Positions 12,100 to 25,719 of a stretch of DNA of 64,000 nucleotides are shown here, one piece after another. Under the pieces are notes generated by a model. The model saw nothing but the letters and a program-made list of their open reading frames with translations. It had not been told where the DNA came from and made no database searches. This DNA comes from Eledone cirrhosa. Taxonomy: Eukaryota. The position numbers were made by a program, and so were the translations under genes. The stretch covers positions 40,114,001-40,178,000 of the forward strand of contig OZ024743.1 of the NCBI GenBank assembly GCA_964016885.1, read 5' to 3'. How positions within the stretch are numbered: position 1 is the stretch's first letter; each line of letters begins with the position of its first letter.

Positions 12100-13959
12100 T
12101 GGGGACATCAGAGACTGGTCGGGTTGGGGTGTTGGTGTGGTGTAGATGTCTGGGTGGGGATGTGTAAAGTTTTCAAGACGACGCGGTCCATTGGTTTTAC
12201 ACACGGTTGGGGGGGGGGGGGGACACGTCCTCAGGAAAATTGTCTTTTAGTTCTATATAAATGTCTATCGGAGTTTTAATCATTTTTAAAGAGGGGTTCT
12301 CTGTGTCCCTCATTAAATTTGGCCCTTCGGTGCAAACCGAAGGGCCAAAGTTTTGTTCAATTTTGTTTACAAGTTTTATATTTTTTGTGTTGAAGTATGT
12401 GTATAGCTGTGTCTGTGTAATTTTTGTTGGTTTTTGTTCTGAATTTTTTTGCGTTTTGTTTTGGGGAGGGGTTATGTTTCTTTGTGTGGGTGCGCTGTGT
12501 TTTCTTTTTTTCGCTTTATTTTTTGGAAGGGTTCCCCCTCATCTTCTGACGTTAAGGGATCCTCTTCCATGTTGGAGGGGAGGGGTATATTTTAGGGTTT
12601 TGTTATGTATGTTGTTGGAGTTGTTTTAGGTGGGGAGGTGTTGGGTGGAACCGTGTTCATTTCTTTGTTGACTTGTTGTGTTTGTTGTTTATGGGGTGGT
12701 GGTGGTGGTGGTGGTAGTGGTGATTGTGTTTTTGTTTGTGGAGTTGTTTTGGGTGTGGAGGGGCTGGGTGTGTCCATGTTCAGTTTTTTGTTGACTTGTG
12801 TTTGTTGTTATTGTGGTGGTGGTTGTGGTGTTGTTGTTTTTGGAGGTGTCGGCTGTAAAGGGTTTTTAGTTTGTTGAGGACAGGCAGACCTCAGCTGAGC
12901 TCTGCCTCCACAGAGGTAGCAAGCGGGCCGCCTACCCTCAACTGTAATGTTCATAAATTGGGAGCCTTCCAGGCCACATTTTCGGGTATCTTTGCGATAC
13001 GTTCTGGTTTCATTAGAATCAGAACCTGTATGCCTATAACCCCAAAGTGGTCCCTGGTGGCTTTGCCTATATCAAGGAGTTCATCTTCGTCGTTCAGTAT
13101 CTCTCCTAGTATCCACAACATATTTGTATTTCGGTGTATACCGGTGATTGTTATTTTTTTAGTTTTCTTACCCATGTAGGTGGGGAAGAAAGTGTACTGT
13201 TTGGAGACAATTGGCGACACCAAGTAATTTTGGGCCACCAATTGGTCCTTCATCAAAATTATCAGACTCCTTCTCTCAATAAAATTGTCCTTCAACGCGT
13301 CTTTTAACACCAGCTCAATTTCGCTATGCGATAATTGAGCTGGTTTTTTCGACGCATTTGATATAGTTCTAAAATTAATTGTCCTTAGGACCGTGTCTCT
13401 TTTAATATCCTTAGCGGAGATATGGTGAATTCACCGTTTTCACCAAAGCTCAACTGTTTTCGCCCCTCTTTTAGCAATTCCGCTGCATTACTGATGTCAA
13501 CTGGGGTGAAAGTGTCGTTCTCCTTAACGACCTGGGAAAAGGATATTCGTGTAGTGGGGTCTTTTTTTGTGTGTCGTTGCTGTTGCTCTTGTTTTCTTGG
13601 GTGTTTGCGTTTTGGTTGTTTGCGTTTGCGGTACAGTTTTTGGCGTTCTCACCCCTTTTTTCGTGTTTTGAGTTCACATTATGTTGTTCTATTTGTCATT
13701 GTTGCTGCTGTTTTCGCTTTTGCGTGTGTTATTTTCTTTGTTATCTGTGTTGGTGTTGTTGGTGTCAGTGTAATTTATACATTCTTTACTGTTTTCATTG
13801 TTTGGTTATTATCCAAGTTTTTACAATTGTTCGCCAAATCTGCTTCCATACTCGCATGCGAAAGCGAGAGAAGGGAAGCTCCTGTAGGTTGATTTACTTG
13901 TTCTTCTTTATCAATTACCCTGGGGGCGTGGCAGTGGTGTTTTCATGTATGGTGTCCAT
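12100..13959 (-). pseudogene. Tx1/L1 ORF1 (gag-like), disrupted
   Basis: Putative ATG at 13959; ORF 12951-13310 (FFPTYMGKKTKKITITGI); degenerate knuckle GRRPACYLCGGRAQLRSACP at ~12877-12935; Pro/Thr/Gln-rich tail with an internal ~120-bp duplication. Confidence 0.7.
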
Positions 13960-15380
13960 TATTGTAAGTTGGTATACACATTTTTCAAAGTAGTTATTAC
14001 CCCCAAAAAGGGGTAAAAATAAAATAGCCACCCGTCTGCAAGTCCAGGCGGGAGGTTAGGTCACACAAATAAAACACATGAAACACAAACTCACAGTCAA
14101 AAACGTAATACAAATCCAAAAAGTCTGCAGCCGAAGTATCACACGTCTACTATCAACGATATATAGATAGATATATAGATATAGAAAGAGGCAGAAGCAA
14201 TGGAGTGAAAAGAGAGAGAGTGAGTATTGTCAATTGTCTTTCTAGGGTATTCTGGTTATATTTCTTTTGATCAGTCAGTGATCATTACGGCAAAACGGGA
14301 AAGTCAGTAAAACTTCTGATTAAAATGCTTTGCAGCGTTTTCCATTCTGTGGGATCTAATTTCAAATGCCATTGGCTTTCATATTTTTGGGGTCCATAAA
14401 AAGATTTTCAGACCAAGATGTTGGATTGGCAGAACTGTTAGAGCATCTGCTTTTTGCTTATTGAGTTGGTCTACTGCATCAGTGGTCTCAAGTATTACTT
14501 TGGATACCATCGATATCGTAGAGAAGAAAACTATGGTTGCTTGCTAACTTTTGCTTGCTTTTCATTTTAGGTATATCTTTATTTTTATTTCAGCTGCTTG
14601 ACATTATTTTCATTGTATGTTATTTCAATACCAAACATACTTTTTCTGGGATTTAAAGCAAGGACATAGCACTGATGCTTTGAAAATAAATTAATGTAAA
14701 TTTAAAAAATATATATTTCAATTTTCCATGATTTACTGATACGTTGTTTCAAAGAGAAAATAACAATTTAAAGGAACGTTAATTCACTACAGGAAACAGC
14801 GCTATATACTGTTACTACTTACTAATATAATTTGCTATTTATATATGTTTCAATACTGTTTATATAGACATCTAATACTCCTGATTTGAAGTGATTTGAT
14901 GAGACGTTATTTCAATATTGGAACTACCGTTATACAGGATTTAAGGAATCAATATTTAAACAGGTGCCATTACTCTCGTTTTCAAAATAAAGTAAAACTA
15001 TTTAAAGAAACGCTATGTCAACACTGAGTATACCATCAATTTTGAGATATTGAAAATAGTATGCAGTAGTTTGAAGAAAACGTATTGCAATATCGAATAC
15101 ACATTGTGGTGTTCGATAGGAGATCATACTCGATGTGTGAATGCAGCAGCCTTAGTAATGGACTTATACATCGGTTCTCACCTGATTCACATTTAAGCAT
15201 CAATACAATTTTCAGCAGTACTTCAAGAAATTCTAATGCTGTCTGTCTCGACTTACAGAGGGAATGGACGCTTGGAATTAAATTAAACTTCACATCTTTG
15301 TAAAGCCTTAATCTCGTGCCAAATAAAAAAAGCAATTATTTTTCTTTTTTCTATTTTCTTGTCAGTTGAAATGTAAAATA

Positions 15381-15935
<555 letters not shown>

Positions 15936-15937
15936 CA

Positions 15938-16537
15938 AGCAGAAGGTATATTTAATTTGTTGGAAATTCAACGAATATAAATGTTTATAACTGATTCAGA
16001 GCACTCAACAGCTTTTCTGGAGTAAATATACAATGATATTAAATAAATGGAAACTATATTTATAAAATCATATTTATTCTATTATATATATTTCAAGGGT
16101 ACGAAAAACTTTGGTACGCTTTCATTAGATAAAATAAAAATTGTGTTTTATAAAGTTTAACATAGCCAAGGAACATACCTTATCAGTTGAATTTTCCTTG
16201 GCTAGTGAATTTAAAGAACGGATTTTACAAAATGGTTAGGATGAGTTTGCAAATGAATATGAATATGTAATATGAATATGTAAATGAGGTTGAGGTATAT
16301 GATTGAAAAACCGTTATTTTAAACGCTATGGAAAATTTAGATATATGTTTATATTAGTAGGAGAGAAAGAAAGAAACGGAAAGAGAAAAAGAAGACCACT
16401 TATATATTAAATACTTCAATATTCACATATATTATGTATATATGGAGAAATATCTTTAGAGGGTGTCATTGGAAAAATATAATGTAAGAATTAAAGAATT
16501 AAAAAATAAATAATAAAAAGATAAAAATCATATACAT

Positions 16538-16635
<98 letters not shown>

Positions 16636-16644
16636 GAATAAATA

Positions 16645-16724
<80 letters not shown>

Positions 16725-19590
16725 AATTGTTTGCTGAAAGGTGAAAGTATTACAAATATTAGAGATATTACCATTTAGAAATATTATTATATTAAATGAT
16801 TGTAAATTTAAATTGTTAAAGAAGATAGGATCATTTTGAAGGTTTATAGGAAGATTATAAATTACCCATAGTTCTGAACGTGGAATGTTGGCGATGTCTG
16901 CAAGAAAAAAATAATTCTGTCCTGAGCTTAATAGAGTTTTGACAGTTAATTATATAAAAAATTTCTTCGATACACAATTTAAACAATTTTGATAAAGCCA
17001 TATTTCGGTACCCAGGTGCTTTCGAAATCGTTTTCAAAGATATTGAATAGTCTATATTCTTGCTTTTTAAATTCCATATAAGATATGAAAGAGAAGTAGA
17101 AGATGTTTCATCAGATTTTCTAAAAGAACGATTATCATTATTCCAGCGATCATTAAATTTTGTAGAAGTGGCACCCACATAGTTAAATATATTATCTCTA
17201 GTTTTAACTGTGCATTTATAGACTACGTTTTTATTTTAAAACTTATTTTGTAAAGGGCAGTTTGATTTGATTCTACCGTTACATTTTACGGAGTTGTTGT
17301 TGCTCAGAACGGTACTATTATACTGATATTGCTAGAAATATTATTATTGCTATTATGGTTATTTTGGTTAGGGTTTAAATTTAAGTTTCTATTATTAATT
17401 CTATTTATATTTTCTGCTATGTTCCTTGTAGTAGAGTAGGATGATTATATAGTATGTCTGTTAAAGATAGAATGGCATCTGTGGGCTTTAGGAAAACATT
17501 TGTCTAGTGCTTTAAAGAATAGCTTTGCTAAAGGTGTTTTAACGCTTAATGAGAATGAGGTGGGGAGCACCAAATAATATTTCTAGTTCTAGTCCTTTTG
17601 TTTGGTTTATAGTTTAAGTTAAATTGTTTATTATTATTATAATTAATACTAGGGTGATTTGCCATGTTATTGTTGTCAATGTATTTAATTTTATACGAAT
17701 ACCCTGCTCTATTTAAAGCTTCGTTATAATATTCAGCCTTATCATCAAAAATATTTTTATTCGCAGAGATGCGTCAAATCCGTTGTTGGGGACTATTGAC
17801 AATACTGTTCTTAATTGTTCTAGGATGATTAGAGTTAAAACTGACGTAATTTAGATTTTCGTTAATTTTATGTAAAGGATAGTAAAGCCCCGTGGTAAGG
17901 TTTAATGGTACGTCTAACAAGTTAACGATTTTATAGTTATTCTCTATTTCTAACTTAAGGTTATAGTTATTGAAGAATTGTATTATGGATTTTCTTTTCC
18001 TATTAATTTCACAATTACTATGGTTTTCAATTAAAAGCAGCATATCGTCACGATATAAACCACCGGTCATCACTGGCATTTTCGTATGGAGTGTATTATT
18101 AATAAATAAGCCCACAAGATCCGTTATTTGCGCCGAGTCGGATGATCCCATAGTGATATCAAAATTGATTTTTCTGCCGGTTCTTGTCCACAGATTGGCA
18201 GTATAGGTAGAGAGTCGGACGCCATGCTTTCCAGCATAGTTACGTCCCTTTACGATCTGAGTTCAAATCCCGCCGAGGTTGACTTTGCCGGGGTCGATAA
18301 AATAAAGTACCAGTAATGCACTGGGTAATTGCTGGGCTTGTGCCTAAAGTAGAAACAATTATTGAATTCTATTAGTGTTTTTAGTACTGTTAGAATTATA
18401 TGCATTTCATCAGATAAGTCTGTATATATATGTTTAAATTTTCTGTTATTAAACCAATCTATAAACTTAATTAGTACCGTTCCATAGTTTCAGGTGGGAT
18501 TTCCTTTAAGTTGCGGTATAATTCTATCTAATATATGTTTGCTAATTATGCCTAAGTCTGACTCGTAGTTCTATTTCAAAATTTCTTTTGTGGTCTTTCA
18601 GGTTAATTTTCAGTTTTCTAGTATAAAGGGTTCAGTCCTATTTTGGATGCCTAATTTAAGAATTATTTCAGAAGCTTCTCTATTTAACGTTGAAACATCT
18701 TCATTTGTTGTTATTTTGTATTTTTTTCTGAGTTATTTCAATATATTTATTATATTCGCCTTTATCTATCCCATATAAATTATTAATTTTATCAGATTTT
18801 ACGAGGATCTTCTTAGTTTTTTCAAGATTGTCTATAATATGTTTCAGGCTTTTAAGGTATTCAAGGCCTATGAATTGTTTTTTTTCGGAATTTAATGTTT
18901 TGTATAATAGATATTACTTCATTTTCAAATTGATTTAATGGTTTGTTGATAGGTGGATTCTTCTTAGATTTGAAGATAAGATCAAAGTTGTAACTGGATT
19001 TATTTATTTTTTCATCTAATTTTCTATCAAAATGGAAGGCCCGCCATGTAAATCTTCGTATAAAGGAGTCAGATTTCTCAATGAGTTGTTATAGATATTC
19101 CTTATTCTTAGGTAAGGGTACATCTTTTAGAGAGGAAGAAATCCTAAATAATTCCGTTATTTAGCAATCACTTATAATTTAAAGTGCTCAACATTAAAGG
19201 AGTTATTTATAGCAGAAGGGATATTTAATTTGTTGGAAATTCATCAAATATAAATGTTTATAACTGATTCAGAGCACTCGACAGCTTTTCTGGAGTAAAT
19301 ATTCAATGATATTAAGTAAATGGAAACTATATTTATAAAACCATATTTATTCTATTATATATATTTCAAAGGTACCAAAAACTTTGGTACGCTTTCATTA
19401 GATAAAATAAAAAGTGTGTTTATAAATCTTGACATAGCCAATGAACATAACTTATCAGTTTAATTTTCCTTGGATAGTGAATTTAAAGAACGGATTTTTC
19501 AAAACTGTTAGGATGAGTATGCAAATGAATATGTAATATGTATATGTAAATGTGGTTGTGGTATATGATTGAAAAACCTTTATGTTAAAC
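15938..19590 (-). mobile_element. Penelope-like element family A, near full-length with two direct pseudo-LTRs (15938-16330 and 19211-19590), decayed
   Basis: Minus strand: SSLKDVPLPKNKEYL*QLIEKSDSFIRRFTWRAFHF (N-term), MGSSDSAQITDLVGL...GGLYRDDML (RT), NCPLQNKF...VVYKCTVK...YVGATSTKFNDRW...KLCIEE...SCRHR (GIY-YIG). The pLTRs are near-identical direct repeats. Confidence 0.9.
18196..18363 (+). mobile_element. tRNA-derived SINE inserted in the PLE RT
   Basis: TGGCAGTATAGGTAGAG (A-box-like)...GAGTTCAAATCCCGCCGAGGTTGACTTTGCC (B box)...GGGGTCGATAAAATAAAGTACCAG...GGCTTGTGCCTAAAGTAGAAACAATTATT; same family as the copies at 26.3, 27.9, 33.4 and 50.8 kb. Confidence 0.85.
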
Positions 19591-19594
19591 GCTA

Positions 19595-19935
19595 TGAACG
19601 ATCTGATAAAAAATCTTCTACTTCTCTTTCACATCTGATATGGAACTTAAAAAGCAAGAATATAGATTATTCAATATCTTGGAAGACGATTTTGAAAGCA
19701 CCTGCGTACCAAAATATGGCTTTATCAAAATTGTGTAAATTGTGTATCGAAGAAACTTTTTATATAATTAAATGTCAAAACTCTATTAATCTCAGGATAG
19801 AATTATTTTCTTCTTGCAGATATCGCCAACATTCTACGTTCGGAACTATGTGTAATTTATAATGTTCCATAAACCTTCAAAATGATCCTATCTTCTTTAA
19901 CATGTATCAATATTTTAATATATTAATACTTCTAA
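19595..19935 (+). mobile_element. Inverted 3' fragment of PLE family A (GIY-YIG C-terminus)
   Basis: SDKKSSTSLSHLIWNLKSKNIDYSISWKTILKAPAY...CKLCIEE; reverse complement of ~16790-17120. Confidence 0.88.
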
Positions 19936-19939
19936 AATA

Positions 19940-22610
19940 GAAGTGGTATTTAATTTGTTGGAAGTCTGACAAATATAACTGTTTATAACTGATTTAGTGC
20001 ACTCAACTGCTGACTGGAATAAATATTCAATGATAGTAAATACATGGAAACTATATTTATAAAACGATATTTATTTTATTATATATATTACAAGGGCAAC
20101 GAAGACAACATTGGTACGCTTTCATCAGATAACATACAAAGTTTGTTTTATAAATAGAGACATACTCATGAAAATCATACCTTATCGGTTGGAAATTCAC
20201 CAGATAGTGGAAATTAGGGATTATGCAAACTTATGTGTGAATATGCAAATGAATATGTAAATAATTGAAAAAGAACAGTTTATTTAAATGACACTGAAGA
20301 AAGAGAGGGAGAAAAAATACAAAATATCACGAGAGAGGTAGAGAAAACAAATTAACAAGAGGATGAATAAAACGCTTATAGCGTTAATTTGGGGGAATAT
20401 ATTCTAAGTATATATCTAATGGTACGTGTATTTACGATTAATTAGTTGTTAAAATTGTTTCTGATATATTTACAGTTATAAGTAGATATAAAAATAAATA
20501 GAGAGAAGAATAGATAGAAAAATAAAAGAATAGATAGAAAAATAAAAAAAAACGAATAGATAGAAAAATAAATAAATAAATAAATAAATAAATAGATAGA
20601 TAAATAAATAAATAGATAAATGGATAAATAGATAAATAAATGAATAGATGGGTATATCGTGTTATAGATAATTGTTATAATGAGTTATGAGGTATATTGC
20701 CTTTGTATTTAATGTAAGTAAATATTAAGTTAAATTAAATTAAGTTATCTGAGTTAATAAGAATATTTATATTTATATATTTGAAAATGGGAAGATACGG
20801 AAAAAAACTCTAGTTTTGTTTAATTATTCGTTACTATGAGACTATTTTGTCAAAATAAGTTTAAATATTGAAAGATATATTTAGCCAGAATTAGGTAGTG
20901 GTTATAAATCTAATAAAAGATAATGAAAAAATATAAAAAATTCGGTAAAATTAAAAAAAAAATAATTTATAAGAGAAAAGTATTTTTTTTTTAAATAAGT
21001 AATTTTTAAAAATTAGATAACAAAATTAAACAAATAACAAATAAAGAATTAAAAATTATTAAGATTAAAATTACAATTAAAATTAAAATTAAAATTAAAG
21101 TTAAAATTAAAATTAAAATTTAAAAAATTAGAATTATATATGTATATATTTTAAGAAACTTTAAGAAGTGAAATGATCTCAAATGCTATAGATATGATTT
21201 AGAGATAAAACCAAGTGGATAAGATTGATATGGAAATAAGTAGAAATATTATAAGTGTAATTATAATTTATATATAGTTCTAAATGTTGAATTCAGGCGA
21301 TATCTACAAGAACTAAATAAATTAATGGAATTTGAAAATGAAATAATATCAATTATCCAAAACATTCAAATTCAAGAAAAACCAATTTGCAGGCCAGGAA
21401 TACCTGAAAGTCTTAAGAATAATATAGACAATCTTGAAAAAACTGAGAAAATCCTCGTAAAATCTGATAAAATTATACGGAATGCACAAGGACGAATACA
21501 AGAACCTTATATTGAAAGATCTAAGGAAAAACTACAAAATAACAACTAACGAAGATCTTGAAATGGTAAATAGAGAAGCTTCTTAAATAATTCATAAATT
21601 AGGCATGGAAATTAGGACCGAACCCTTTATACCTAGAAGACCGAGAATTAACCTGAAAGACCACAAAAGAAACTTTGAAATAGAACTAACAGTCATACAT
21701 ATAGCACCATCTAAATCAGACTTAGGCATAGTTAGTAAATATATATTAGATGTAATTATAGCGCAACTTAAAGAGATATCTTACCTAAAACTATGGAACG
21801 CTACGAACGAAGTTACAGATTGGTTCAATAACATAAAATTTAACCATAACAAAACATTCATTCAATTGGATATTGCAAACTACTACTCCTCCATTACTCC
21901 TAATTTACTTAATAAAGCTCTTATCTATGCATCTAAACATACATATTTATCTAGCGAAGAAATGCATATAATTTTAACCGCACAGAAACTTTAATTGAAT
22001 TCAACAATCCTCTCTGGACAAGAGCCGATAGAAAAAATAATGTTAATATCACCATGCGACCATCAGACTCGGCGCAAATAACGGATCTTGTGGGGCTATT
22101 TGTTAATAATACACTGCATAGAAAAATACCAGAGGTGACAGGTGGTTTATATCTTGATGATATGCTGCTTTTAATTGAAAATCACAGTAATTGTGAAATT
22201 AATAGAAAAAGAAAATCAATAATACAATACTTCAATAGCTACAACCTTAAGTTAGAAACAGAGAATAACTATAAAATCGTTAACTTCTTAGACGTAACAT
22301 TAAACCTTTACACAAGGCTCTTATTTTCTCTCTCTCTTCAGTGCCATTTAAATACACGGTTTTCTGCAATTATTTACATATTCATTTGCATATTCACACA
22401 TATGTTTGAATAATCCCTAATATATTTCCACTATCCAGTGAATTTCTAACCTATAAGGTATGATTTTCATGGGTATGTCTCTATTTATAAAACACACTTT
22501 GTATTTTACCTGATGAGTGCGTACCAATGTTGTCTTGGTTGCCTTTGAAATATATATAATAAAATAAATATCGTTTTATAAATATATATAGTTTCCATAT
22601 ATTTAATATA
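19940..22610 (+). mobile_element. PLE family A variant: inverted pLTR (19940-20330), RT fragment (~21300-22315) and pLTR (22330-22610)
   Basis: ORFs 21325-22413: KILVKSDK, INLKDHKRNF, APSKSDLGIVSK, FIQLDIANYYSSIT, GGLYLDD, VNFLDVTLNL. 22330-22610 is the reverse complement of ~20030-20310. Confidence 0.85.
22502..22566 (+). ncRNA. Minimal type I hammerhead ribozyme motif
   Basis: TATTTTA-C-CTGATGA (22510-22516), stem II, GAAA (22547-22550), palindromic TATATA, TA, ATAAAATA pairing with the 5' TATTTTA. Confidence 0.7.
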
Positions 22611-22613
22611 TAC

Positions 22614-22679
<66 letters not shown>

Positions 22680-22686
22680 ATATTAA

Positions 22687-22720
<34 letters not shown>

Positions 22721-22859
22721 GTATATATGTATATGTATATATATATATACATATATATTTATTTATTTATTTATTTATATATATATATGTGTGTATAGAT
22801 ATTTATAAATATATATATATGTGTATGTATATAATTTTAATTTTAATTTTGTTATTGTT

Positions 22860-23896
22860 TTATTTGTTTATTCTTTAATTCTTATATTATATTTTTCCAA
22901 TGACACCCTCTAAAGATATTTTAAACGTAGATTATAAACCATTAACTGACATTAGAAACATGTATCCTATTCAAAACGATTTTCGAACATTCACACTTCT
23001 TTCGATAAATAATTAATTAATCTCACACTAACTCTTAAAATGATCGATTAACAAACAAAATTGTAGTTATCTTTCCTTTCTCAATCATATAAAGTTATTA
23101 TATTATTATTATATACGTAACACCGTTAAATTAAAACATTCTCAATGCCAAACAACATATTCAAATATATAAATTCATAGTGTTAACTACCTATTTATTT
23201 ACATAAAATAAAAAACCAACGTCTCTCGTAACTCATATTATAAACAAGCACCTAAAACTTGAACTACCCATTTATTTATGTATTTATCTTCATAAAACAC
23301 AAAATCAACTACCCTCGTTACTCATATTATAAACAACTAATAATTGCAAACTATCTATATCTCCTTAATAATAATACATATGCTATTATTAAAATATATA
23401 TAGATAGTTATATATTTAACCCATTACAATATTGTAATAAGATAAATACTTACAAACATAATTCTCCATATAAGTATATACATAATATATGTAAATATTC
23501 AAATGTTTCCCCCCAAATAAACGTATATAAGTGGTCTTGTTTTTCTTTTTTTCTTGTCTTTCTTTCTCTCCTACATATATCTAAACATATATCTAAATTT
23601 TCCATAGCGTTTAAAATAACGGTTTTTCAATCATATACCTCAACCTCATTTACATATTCATATTAAATATTCATATTCATTTCCATACTCATCCTAACAA
23701 TTTTGAAAAATCCGTTCTTTTAATTCACTATCCAAGGAAATTCAATTGATAAGTTATGATCGTTGGCTATGTCAAAATTTATAAAACACATTTTTTACTT
23801 TATGTGATGAAAACGTACCAATGTTTTTGGTACCCCTGAAATATATATAATAGAATAAATATGGTTTTATAAATATAGTTTCCATTTATTTAATAT

Positions 23897-23902
<6 letters not shown>
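22860..23902 (+). mobile_element. PLE family A 3' UTR + pseudo-LTR, ending at (TA)n
   Basis: 23460-23900 is the reverse complement of 16030-16450; HHR-like GTGATGA..GTACCAA..TTGGTAC..GAAATATATATA at 23804-23849. Confidence 0.82.
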
Positions 23903-23940
<38 letters not shown>

Positions 23941-23946
23941 ATGTGT

Positions 23947-23985
<39 letters not shown>

Positions 23986-24713
23986 GTATATTTAGCAGTA
24001 TACCGTATGTTTAATTAATAGCATTTAGAAGACCATTCGTTATCAGTTTTAAGGTATTGACTATGTCAGTTCCTTTATTTTCGGCAAAAGTAGGGAGAGA
24101 GGCTGACAGTCTGTTTTTCTCGCTGTTTTGCGTTTATCAAAATCACGCACTCCCCTGCCTATACCGAATATATATGTGTGTGTATTTCTTCGTCGGTAGA
24201 GAAAATAAATAATTATTCACTAAAAAATATAACGTATATTTCTAAATAAAATTTAGTTAAAAATCAACTTTCAATATTGTCTATATATATAATCAGTTAT
24301 TTCCATTCTCTATCAGCCGTTCGTTATGTCCACCTCACAAGTATAACGCTCAGGTAATTTGGGAATTAATTCCTCCTGTAACTATTTTTTCCAATTTTCC
24401 TCAAACTAAATTTGTGGGTCATCAGTATAAAATGTGAGTGTTACAGAATACACTGAAACGAAATGGAACGAAAAAAATAATATTATAATGTATTTGCTTT
24501 TACAGCCACAGAGCTGCATTAGTTCAGTAAAATTTAAATGTGACTCTTCAATAGGTAACACGTATTTCACGCTGGTGAAGTTTTACTTGGTTATTGAAAT
24601 TCAAACAAATAATTAGATATACCACTAAACACACAGGCCTAAATAAATAGTTAAAAAAATAAATATGTTGTGAATGTGTATAGACATTTGAACATTTACA
24701 TATAAATCTATCT

Positions 24714-24793
<80 letters not shown>

Positions 24794-24972
24794 GATAAAT
24801 GCGAGCTGTGTTGTTGTAAATATGATATACATAATAAAATGAAGATTTAGAAATAGAAGCCAGGACTATCCCTCATCAGTGGTCTACTAGCCATCATAGG
24901 TATTTCTTCGCATTACATAGGGAAATTCTATATTAGGGTTGAAAGCACCGATTCTTTGCTTAAACTTTAATC

Positions 24973-25077
24973 TGTTATTTTAATAAATATTTACCCTACG
25001 GTTCTTATGTATTTGATATATATTTATCCTTATCGAGCCCTCTTGGGATTTTAGTCTTCAAATTTATTATTATTACT

Positions 25078-25171
<94 letters not shown>

Positions 25172-25272
25172 ATAATAATAAATTTGAAGACTAAAATCCC
25201 AAGAGGGCTCGATAAGGATAAATATATATCAAATACATAAGAACCGTAGAGCAAATATATATTAAAATAACA
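24973..25272. repeat. Inverted repeat (~105-bp arms) centred on a (TA)n tract
   Basis: CTACGGTTCTTATGTATTTGATATATATTTATCCTTATCGAGCCCTCTTGGGATTTTAGTCTTCAAATTTATTATTATTACTA-(TA)n-exact reverse complement; about 3 mismatches, only in the outer 25 bp. Confidence 0.93.
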
Positions 25273-25291
25273 TATATATATACACATATAT

Positions 25292-25426
<135 letters not shown>

Positions 25427-25624
25427 CGATCTTCCTCTGAGGAAACCTTTTTTATAATCAACAGCAAATGCATGAATGACATCTCGATGGATGGAGAACC
25501 GTAGAAATAACTATTCTGATTAAACGATATATGTAACCGTAACTAAATCAAGGATTGTTGAGATCTTTCCCATGCTTACTACTGTTTTTACCAAAACAAT
25601 ATTTTCCGAACACACACACACAAC

Positions 25625-25711
<87 letters not shown>

Positions 25712-25719
25712 AACGATTT

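Larger units (their letters stand above)
3453..14160 (-). mobile_element. Near full-length Tx1/L1-clade LINE (ORF1 + APE-RT ORF2), decayed, interrupted by the Gypsy element at 4271-9778
   Basis: Minus-strand fragments: APE IRVGCLNARGLRSPWKQ and LLLVGDWNVILD; RT KSPCLDGLPYELY, NFRPMTLLNAELKILA, QTCSIPSRSIHDNLH, KVFDRVDH, AYAIDV; C-terminal FLWKKRAPLVRR, LPVRVKLYSHG. AATAAA near 3470 at the 3' end. Confidence 0.9.

Noticed and set aside
13422-13993. Hydrophobic/Cys-rich ORFs resembling membrane proteins
   Set aside because: Antisense reading of the A/C-rich LINE ORF1 region.
14230-15370. Possible host-gene exons (splice-like TTTCTAG, TTTCAG, and minus-strand GTAAGT/CAGGTGAG)
   Set aside because: No consistent open exon with recognisable protein similarity; cannot be supported without RNA-seq.
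18196-18290. tRNA gene candidates at A/B-box-like motifs (also 27.9, 31.5, 50.8 and 60.0 kb)
   Set aside because: No cloverleaf; the motifs run into shared SINE core and tail sequence, so they are SINE heads.
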